DNA of 64,000 bases, taken from contig DPHC01000005.1 of the NCBI GenBank assembly GCA_003523055.1, positions 152,281-216,280 of the forward strand, in the 5' to 3' direction. Below the pieces are notes generated by a model. The model saw only the letters and a program-made list of their open reading frames with translations. It was not told where the DNA came from and ran no database searches. This stretch comes from Dehalococcoidia bacterium (lineage in GTDB: Bacteria > Chloroflexota > Dehalococcoidia > Lucifugimonadales > UBA3495). Made by a program: the position numbers and the translations under genes. Shown in pieces: positions 58,255 through 64,000 of the stretch. Each line of letters begins with the position of its first letter. Within the stretch, counting starts at the first letter, position 1.

Positions 58255-58533
58255 ATGGAAGGTAAAGTACAGTTAGAAATAACATATTGTGTTCCTTGAC
58301 AACATCACGCAACTGCCACGTGGATGGCAAATGAATTTTTCAGAGCATATGGACCTGATGCGGCAATAACAATCTCTCCAAGAGGACAAGGTATTATGGA
58401 AGTCTTCTTAGATGGTGAGAAAATATTCGATAAAAAAGCTGAAGATAACCAATATCCTGATTTAGCTAGAGTTCGAAAAATGAAAGAAGTAATTGCAGCA
58501 AAATTGGAATCCATACCTGCAGCTGCTGACTAA
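58255..58533 (+). CDS. SelW/Rdx-like selenoprotein (in-frame TGA at 58297-58299 read as selenocysteine; C-x-x-U motif)
   Basis: ATG 58255 lies 5 nt after AGGTGA. It is in frame with the listed ORF 58324..58533, and TGA 58297-58299 is the only interruption. Translation: MEGKVQLEITYCVP-U-QHHATATWMANEFFRAYGPDAAITISPRGQGIMEVFLDGEKIFDKK...YPDLARV, which matches the Rdx-family layout (beta1, CxxC/U, helix, ...FEV..DGE.I..K). selB is in the same window. Confidence 0.8.
58314..58329 (+). promoter_or_regulatory. Candidate bacterial SECIS hairpin core
   Basis: TGCCA (58314-58318) pairs with TGGCA (58325-58329). The loop CGTGGA contains GU. The hairpin begins 15 nt after the TGA. Confidence 0.4.
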
Positions 58534-58556
58534 AAATTTAAACTAACTATTAGTTT

Positions 58557-58600
58557 AATAAAGTAGAGCCACTCTTTTATAAGAGTGGCTCTACTTTATT
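58557..58600. terminator. Bidirectional terminator hairpin between the selenoprotein gene and tmk
   Basis: 20-bp perfect stem AATAAAGTAGAGCCACTCTT / AAGAGTGGCTCTACTTTATT with loop TTAT. The tmk stop codon lies in the loop and the last tmk codons form the 3' arm. A/T-rich flanks on both sides. Confidence 0.65.
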
Positions 58601-59179
58601 CCAGATATCTTTTTCTATTTCAGATATTGGTTTCGTCCCATCTATTGAGAACCAATTTTCAGTCTTATCTGCTATTTCCAAGTACCCTTTACGAAGACTT
58701 TGAAAAAATTGTAAATCTTTATTGTCGAATGTGTCATCTGTCCCATTTATACGTCGGCTTTTCGCGATTTCTGGTGGAGTATCAATAAATATTATCAAAT
58801 CAGGCACTATATTATCAGTAGATAAAGAGATAACATTATGGATATCAGCTAATTTTAAACCTTGTGCAAGACCTTGATAAACTAAAGTCGAATATATGTA
58901 TCTGTCGCAGATGATATTTTGGTTTTGTAATAGCGCAGGTTTTATCACTTTGTGTATCAGTTCTCTACGGCAAGATGAAAAAAGAAGTAATTGAGTTAGT
59001 GGATCTAGGTCTTTTTCAGTTTTTAGAATGTTTCTGACGAGTTCTCCCAAAGATGTTCCTCCAGGTTCACGAACTATAATAGCTTCTTTGGCACTAAATT
59101 TAAGTTTTTTTTCAATTAACTTTGTTTGCGTTGTCTTACCAGACCCATCTATTCCCTCAAGTACTATGAAAGAACTCAT
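58577..59179 (-). CDS. tmk: Thymidylate kinase
   Basis: FIVLEGIDGSGKTTQ, REPGGT, DRY. Confidence 0.9.
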   Translation of the reverse strand: MSSFIVLEGIDGSGKTTQTKLIEKKLKFSAKEAIIVREPGGTSLGELVRNILKTEKDLDPLTQLLLFSSCRRELIHKVIKPALLQNQNIICDRYIYSTLVYQGLAQGLKLADIHNVISLSTDNIVPDLIIFIDTPPEIAKSRRINGTDDTFDNKDLQFFQSLRKGYLEIADKTENWFSIDGTKPISEIEKDIWNKVEPLL

Positions 59180-59182
59180 AAA

Positions 59183-60826
59183 TTATGTCCTGTAAACTAA
59201 GAGCGCCCGGTTGGGATCTTTCCCTTTGCTAATGGAACTTAAGTTCATGCGATCAATTTGAATATGCTGCAGCCTTCTAACATATGAACGCTGAGGGTTC
59301 AGCAACACACTGAATGTCCCACTTAATACCTCGTTGGCAGCGTCCTCAGCCTCTTTTAGAGCTTCTTGGAGGATATCTGATGAGTTAGTGTCAGGGCTGC
59401 TTAGTTGGCTTCTTTGAATTGGGTTGAAGTCTATGCCTTGTTCTTTGGCTAATGTACTTAGGAAATCTAATATATGGTGGAATGTATTTTTCCTTAATAC
59501 ATATACAGGTGTTCCAGTAGATTCAGCGCTTTTTACCAAGTTGGACCCACGTCTGTAATGTGTTTTGGTGGTAAGTACAATATCAGAATTTCTTAATTCG
59601 TTACTTAGAGTAAGCGTTAGGTTAGACTCCTCTTGCGCCGCAAGAATTTTATCTTTACTGACTCCAAAAAGGAATACTTTATAGTCCAATTTTCGTACAG
59701 GAGCTAAGGATGATTTGTTAGGAGCTATTTGGGCGGTTGAGCTGGTTCTTTTAGTTGCTTGCATATCCCAAGAACCGTTTTGTTGTTGGTTTTGCCTGAC
59801 GGTGTCTTTCGATTTTACCAACTCACCGTTTTCGTCCGTAACACGCGATTCAGGGTATATTGCATAACCTCGTAGCCATTGGTCTACGACTTCGGCGACA
59901 TTATCATGGACATCTATTTCATTCCAGCTTTTAATTTCTACAACTATATCGAAAGTGGGCCATGATTTTCGTTCTTGGATTGTCTTTTGTGTTCCCCTAA
60001 ATTTGGCTTCTTGATCTCCTAACGTTACAGATTGAATTCCGCCTACTAGGTCGGATAATGTTGGATTAAAGATCAGGTTTTCAAGAGTATTGCCATGAGC
60101 TGTTGCGACTAACTGGACTCCTCTTTCTGCAATTGTTCTAGCCGCATCAGATTCCTCTGTAGTGCTCATTTCGTCAATAATAATAACCTCAGGCATATGA
60201 TTTTCTACAGCTTCTATCATGACAGCATGTTGGTGCTTGGGACTTGCTACTTGCATTCGTCTAGATGATCCTATAGCTGGATGAGGTACATCTCCATCTC
60301 CGGCAATTTCATTTGATGTATCCACTATTACTACTCGCTTACTAAGATCATCAGAAATCATACGAGCTGTTTCTCTTAACATAGTGGTTTTACCAACACC
60401 GGGGCGACCAAGTAAAAGTATATTTTGTCCGGTTTGAATTAAATCCTCTATGGTCATCGCACTACCATTAATTGCTCTACCAACTCTGCAAGTTGCGCCA
60501 ACAATGTGCCCTCTGCGGCTCCGTATTACTGAAACTCTGTGCAGAGTGCCTTCAATACCTGCGCGATTGTCTTCTCCTATAAATCCTATTTTCTGAACTA
60601 AATTATCTAGGTCATCTGAAGTGATTGGCTCTTGATTTAATGTGATATTTTCTCCAGTGAATCGTGCTTCTGGAAGCCTTCCTAAATCCAAAATGACTTC
60701 CAATAGGCTAGATTTGTTAGTTAGGGAATTTATTTTTGCCGTGATGTGGTCTGGTAAAACTTGTAAAAGCCGATTCAATTCATTTAGGTTTTGGTCTGAA
60801 TTCTCAATACGGTCCGATGTTAACAA
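59183..60826 (-). CDS. AAA+ ATPase with C-terminal R3H nucleic-acid-binding domain (SpoIIIAA/Ycf45-like)
   Basis: LLGRPGVGKTTMLRE (Walker A), IIIDE (Walker B), and a C-terminal ...RSYVRRLQH... R3H-like segment. Confidence 0.7.
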   Translation of the reverse strand: MLTSDRIENSDQNLNELNRLLQVLPDHITAKINSLTNKSSLLEVILDLGRLPEARFTGENITLNQEPITSDDLDNLVQKIGFIGEDNRAGIEGTLHRVSVIRSRRGHIVGATCRVGRAINGSAMTIEDLIQTGQNILLLGRPGVGKTTMLRETARMISDDLSKRVVIVDTSNEIAGDGDVPHPAIGSSRRMQVASPKHQHAVMIEAVENHMPEVIIIDEMSTTEESDAARTIAERGVQLVATAHGNTLENLIFNPTLSDLVGGIQSVTLGDQEAKFRGTQKTIQERKSWPTFDIVVEIKSWNEIDVHDNVAEVVDQWLRGYAIYPESRVTDENGELVKSKDTVRQNQQQNGSWDMQATKRTSSTAQIAPNKSSLAPVRKLDYKVFLFGVSKDKILAAQEESNLTLTLSNELRNSDIVLTTKTHYRRGSNLVKSAESTGTPVYVLRKNTFHHILDFLSTLAKEQGIDFNPIQRSQLSSPDTNSSDILQEALKEAEDAANEVLSGTFSVLLNPQRSYVRRLQHIQIDRMNLSSISKGKDPNRALLVYRT

Positions 60827-60923
60827 TAATCCTCCAGATTCTTTATATACTCACTGTGTGAATATTATAAAAGGTTTTATTTCAGTTTTTGTATCTGCGA
60901 GTGTCACGGGGTTTGGAGTATGT

Positions 60924-61487
60924 TTAAATGGTCAAAAAATATTTATGGACTCTTGAATCGTTTGATAATTCGGGATGGAATGATGTGGCGAATAGATTTT
61001 GTTGTCTAACCGCAACAGGTCTTTCATCATTTAATGAGGCTATAGTAGTAACTTTTTTGCCAGTGTTTATAACCTGAGGAGCTCGTATAAATATGCAATT
61101 AAATGGATCTTCAATGCCTTCTATGTTTAAAGATTGTTCGAAGCTATCTATTTGCCTACCAAAAGCATTTCTTTGTACTTCTATGTCCATTAATTTAAGA
61201 GGAATTGGGTCTTGTTCTGTGATTTTGGTTGCCATCATTATCATTCCAGCACATGTGCCCCAGATGGGCATGCCTTGCTCTGATAGTTTTAATAATGGAT
61301 CTCTAAACCCATAATTTGAGCAAAGTCTGCTTAATGTCGTGCTTTCCCCTCCCGGTATCACAAGCCTATCAATTTTGGTTAATTGTTCGGGAAGTCTGAC
61401 TTTTGTGCAGGTTACTCCCAGGGATTCAAACACAGTTTTATGTTCTTCAAAATCCCCTTGGAGAGCTAGGACGCCTACAGTACTCAC
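60924..61487 (-). CDS. pdxT: Pyridoxal 5'-phosphate synthase glutaminase subunit PdxT
   Basis: VGVLALQGDF, IPGGESTT, GTCAGMI (catalytic Cys), FHPEL. Confidence 0.92.
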   Translation of the reverse strand: MSTVGVLALQGDFEEHKTVFESLGVTCTKVRLPEQLTKIDRLVIPGGESTTLSRLCSNYGFRDPLLKLSEQGMPIWGTCAGMIMMATKITEQDPIPLKLMDIEVQRNAFGRQIDSFEQSLNIEGIEDPFNCIFIRAPQVINTGKKVTTIASLNDERPVAVRQQNLFATSFHPELSNDSRVHKYFLTI

Positions 61488-61502
61488 TCGATGAATCCTA
61501 GG

Positions 61503-62393
61503 CTATTTGCTTCGTGAGGCTAATAATTGATCTTCAGGAATACTTCTTGCACTGATCCCAACCATAGCTTCACCAAGATCTTTAGATACATCTGCAAGAA
61601 TTTTGTAATCTTCAAAATGTGTCACTGCTTGAACTATTGCATCAGCTCGCCTAGCAGGATCACCAGATTTAAAAATGCCAGAGCCTACAAATACTCCATC
61701 AGCCCCCAGGTGCATCATTAATGCCGCATCAGCTGGTGTTGCTACCCCACCGGCTGCAAAGTTTACGACTGGTAGCCTTCCTAATTCTTTTGTTTGAATT
61801 AAAAGTTCAACGCTGACACCTAAATCTCTTGCTTCAACTACTAGTTCGTCATCAGGCATATTTTGTAACTTTCTTATGTTGTCTTGGACCGTTCTCATGT
61901 GCCTAACAGCTTCAACGACGTCTCCTGTTCCTGCTTCTCCCTTTGTTCTGATCATTGTGGCTCCCTCAGAGATCCTTCTTAGGGCTTCCCCTAAATCACG
62001 ACACCCACACACAAAAGGTACAGTAAAATCGTGCTTCCAAACATGATGTTTTTCATCTGCTAATGTTAGTACTTCTGATTCATCTATATAGTCTATTCCT
62101 AATGATTCAAGAATTTTTGCTTCTACGAAGTGCCCGATTCTACATTTAGCCATCACAGGAATACTTACTGTATCCATTATTTCCAATATTATTGATGGGT
62201 CAGTCATCCTGGCAACTCCGCCTTCAGCACGGATATCAGCAGGGACTCTTTCAAGTGCCATAACCGCTACTGCTCCAGCTTCGGCTGCTATCTTGGCTTG
62301 TTCTGGATTAACTACATCCATAATAACGCCGCCTTTAAGCATTTGAGCGTGTCCTGATTTAACTGTGAATGTTCCTATGCGAGTATCTGCCAT
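61503..62393 (-). CDS. pdxS: Pyridoxal 5'-phosphate synthase lyase subunit PdxS
   Basis: [55 protein letters not shown]. Confidence 0.96.
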   Translation of the reverse strand: MADTRIGTFTVKSGHAQMLKGGVIMDVVNPEQAKIAAEAGAVAVMALERVPADIRAEGGVARMTDPSIILEIMDTVSIPVMAKCRIGHFVEAKILESLGIDYIDESEVLTLADEKHHVWKHDFTVPFVCGCRDLGEALRRISEGATMIRTKGEAGTGDVVEAVRHMRTVQDNIRKLQNMPDDELVVEARDLGVSVELLIQTKELGRLPVVNFAAGGVATPADAALMMHLGADGVFVGSGIFKSGDPARRADAIVQAVTHFEDYKILADVSKDLGEAMVGISARSIPEDQLLASRSK

Positions 62394-62428
62394 ATTGTCC
62401 TCCTAAACTCTTGGTGCCATTAAGTGTA

Positions 62429-62458
62429 TATTATACTGCTTTTTTCGATAAGTAGGCA
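62429..62458 (-). promoter_or_regulatory. Sigma-70-like promoter for pdxS-pdxT
   Basis: On the minus strand: TTGCCT (62458-62453), 18-nt spacer, TATAAT (62434-62429). A GGAGG RBS lies 5 nt before the ATG. Confidence 0.5.
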
Positions 62459-62541
62459 ATCCATTCATAATGAATGGTAACTTAGTTTCATTGTGATGTT
62501 AAAGGTTATATACTTAACCATACTCGTAAAATCAGATTAAC

Positions 62542-62570
62542 TTGACACTGTTACATACGGGTTTTAAGAT
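62542..62570 (+). promoter_or_regulatory. Sigma-70-like promoter for the tRNA-Phe / tRNA-Gly pair
   Basis: TTGACA (62542-62547), 17-nt spacer, TAAGAT (62565-62570). The tRNA starts 11 nt downstream. Confidence 0.5.
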
Positions 62571-62580
62571 AGTTCTTCCA

Positions 62581-62653
62581 GCCGAGGTAGCTCAGGTGGT
62601 AGAGCACGGCACTGAAAATGCCGGTGTCGACAGTTCGAGTCTGTCCCTCGGCA
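62581..62653 (+). tRNA. tRNA-Phe (anticodon GAA)
   Basis: Cloverleaf folded by hand: acceptor GCCGAGG/CCTCGGC, D-arm GCTC..GAGC, anticodon stem CGGCA/TGCCG with loop CTGAAAA, T-arm GACAG-TTCGAGT-CTGTC. CCA is not encoded. Confidence 0.9.
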
Positions 62654-62664
62654 CCTTTAATCGA

Positions 62665-62739
62665 GCGGAAGTGGCTCAGTGGTAGAGCATCTCCTTGCCA
62701 AGGAGAGGGTCGGGAGTTCGAATCTCCTCTTCCGCTCCA
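62665..62739 (+). tRNA. tRNA-Gly (anticodon GCC)
   Basis: Acceptor GCGGAAG/CTTCCGC, anticodon stem TCTCC/GGAGA with loop TTGCCAA, T-arm GGGAG-TTCGAAT-CTCCT, encoded CCA. Confidence 0.9.
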
Positions 62740-62903
62740 GTAAAAACATTATTTGTTCAGGCTATTTGGTAAATATTTCTTGCGATAATTGGCTTTTTGT
62801 AATTATTATTCTCAGGAAAGAGGTTGATGAAACTCCATCTAAATTTTATAAAAGGATCACTAACTGGATTGTGATCTACTTCTTTAGTGCTAGAGTTTTT
62901 ATA

Positions 62904-63650
62904 TCAATAATCACTTTTGTAAAATGACTTTAATTCAACTCTGCCTACTTGGCCAATTTGTGTGTTGCTTAGCATTGGGAACTTAAATTTGGTGGGCTCC
63001 CCAATACTGGTGTCTGGGGACACTCCCGCTAAACTAAAAGTTAAGGTTTCAATAAACGTTCCATTTGGTCCATATACATTGAAAGAAACATACACATGAG
63101 GCCAGGTCATTTGTGAGAAGTTATTTATCAATCCTTTTAAAGACCATCTATTTGATAGTAAGGCTCCATAAGCCCATTTTTCACTTAAGTCTATTTCCCA
63201 TTCTTTAATCATTACTGAACCAGATGCCGTGGTTATACTGCAGTCTACCAAAGAGTCAAGCGTTGCTGAAATATCAGGATCAGTTTGTGGTGTTGGGCAA
63301 GTTGAAGGGAATGGAATAGGCGTAGGGGTAGCAGTTGGTGCAGGGACAGGTATAGGGGTAGCAGTTGGTGCAGGAATAGGAGTAGGAATTGCAGTTGGTG
63401 CAAGGACAGGAGTAGGTGACGGGCTAGATTGGGCAAGAATCACCGGTTCTTTAGTATTTGTTGGTACTATGGTTGTTTTTTTTGATTGTGCTTGCTCAAT
63501 CAAAACGTCAATATATTCTAAAGTCGCTAACAAAGCAGTGTTTTGTTCAATTTTGTCGTCATTTAAATCACTACTATCTACTTGCACGCAACTTACGGCA
63601 ACTACAGTAATTGCTAATATAATTAATATGGTTTTTAATTTAATTATCAA
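62904..63650 (-). CDS. Secreted or lipid-anchored protein with a Pro/Thr/Ala-rich repeat linker and a C-terminal domain of unknown function
   Basis: N-terminal IILAITVVAVSC (lipobox-like). Linker PSPTPVLAPTAIPTPIPAPTATPIPVPAPTATPTPIPFP. About 130-aa C-terminal domain with no family recognised. Confidence 0.6.
   Translation of the reverse strand: MIIKLKTILIILAITVVAVSCVQVDSSDLNDDKIEQNTALLATLEYIDVLIEQAQSKKTTIVPTNTKEPVILAQSSPSPTPVLAPTAIPTPIPAPTATPIPVPAPTATPTPIPFPSTCPTPQTDPDISATLDSLVDCSITTASGSVMIKEWEIDLSEKWAYGALLSNRWSLKGLINNFSQMTWPHVYVSFNVYGPNGTFIETLTFSLAGVSPDTSIGEPTKFKFPMLSNTQIGQVGRVELKSFYKSDY
63321..63412. repeat. Three tandem copies of a 30-nt unit (coding the Pro-rich linker)
   Basis: GCAGTTGGTGCA recurs at 63331, 63361 and 63391, an exact 30-nt period, with similar flanks. 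Confidence 0.75.
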
Positions 63651-63732
63651 AGTATCACAAAATATTTTTTAAAATAATAATATCTATTATATTATTGTTA
63701 GTATTATGGTGATACTTAAATCATGGGTGTTT

Positions 63733-64000
63733 TTAAGGACTAATGACGTTAAAAAAACCATTTGCAGATTTACCTGCTACTGTACACAGTACCAAGTGCG
63801 TTCCTGATTGCAAATATGGGACTTCTACTTCTATTTTAACTTCTCCATTAATGTCAGTTGAAGGCTTTTGAATTATTTTCACCGGTACTCCTCCTAGGGT
63901 AAGGCTAGAAATCACAGTAGAAGAAGGGAACCCGAATCCTGTCAACTCAAATAACGAGCCAGGAACTCCTGTGGAAACTGATGTAGAAATATATATTTCT
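63733..64000 (-). CDS. C-terminal part of another IPT/TIG-type surface protein (5' end lies beyond the window end)
   Basis: The frame stays open from 64000. The translation ...ISTSVSTGVPGSLFELTGFGFPSSTVISSLTLGGVPVKI...NGEVKIEVEVPYLQSGTHLVLCTVAGKSANGFFNVISP parallels LSTSASAGAAGTKLTITGSGFKAYSTVTTLTVGGVDARP...NGELTTEIMVPSLAVGSHAISITIA..ANFSVTS of the 843-aa protein. Confidence 0.55.
   Translation of the reverse strand, partial: EIYISTSVSTGVPGSLFELTGFGFPSSTVISSLTLGGVPVKIIQKPSTDINGEVKIEVEVPYLQSGTHLVLCTVAGKSANGFFNVISP

Noticed and set aside
62679-62927. 82-aa plus-strand ORF
   Set aside because: It starts inside tRNA-Gly (62665-62739) and runs through an intergenic region into the 3' end of the minus-strand lipoprotein gene. 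It is spurious.
63321-63412. Regular 30-nt periodic repeats, considered as a small CRISPR-like array
   Set aside because: The repeats are contiguous with no unique spacers, lie in frame inside a coding sequence, and encode a Pro/Thr/Ala linker. No cas genes are present.

Overview
AT-rich bacterial chromosomal segment, densely coded on both strands. I found no rRNA, CRISPR array, transposase, integrase or phage genes. Most of it is housekeeping:
- argJ-argB-argD-argG plus an aspartate aminotransferase
- a Gram-positive-type SUF operon (sufBCDS followed by two tandem SufU-like genes)
- pyrG-tal-rho, valS-aroE-aroC, and tmk / R3H-AAA ATPase / pdxT / pdxS
- tRNA-Phe(GAA) and tRNA-Gly(GCC), and a PcrA/UvrD helicase

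Interspersed are catabolic or accessory paralogues: four acyl-CoA-dehydrogenase-family genes, a crotonase, an enolase-superfamily enzyme, a CocE/NonD hydrolase, a cyclase, an aldo/keto reductase, and DinB, NIPSNAP, DUF1015 and DUF1802 proteins. This mix, together with the PdxST and SufU-type machinery, suggests a marine Chloroflexota (SAR202/Dehalococcoidia-like) genome. That is inference only.

Two things stand out.
1. Selenocysteine decoding. A selB gene missing from the ORF track runs off the left edge (1-830, minus strand). A SelW/Rdx-like gene at 58255-58533 carries an in-frame TGA that creates a C-x-x-U motif; the ORF track truncates it to 58324.
2. A locus of four uncharacterised envelope proteins at 46.6-51.3 kb. 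It holds a Cys-free 826-843 aa protein with repeated Ig-like (IPT/TIG-type) modules, two proteins built as signal peptide, globular head, uninterrupted collagen-like Gly-X-Y stalk and C-terminal transmembrane anchor, and a fourth C-terminally anchored protein with an LPSVG motif ahead of the anchor. A related IPT/TIG-type gene runs off the right edge.

Many listed ORFs that lie antisense to, or in alternative frames of, these genes are artefacts.
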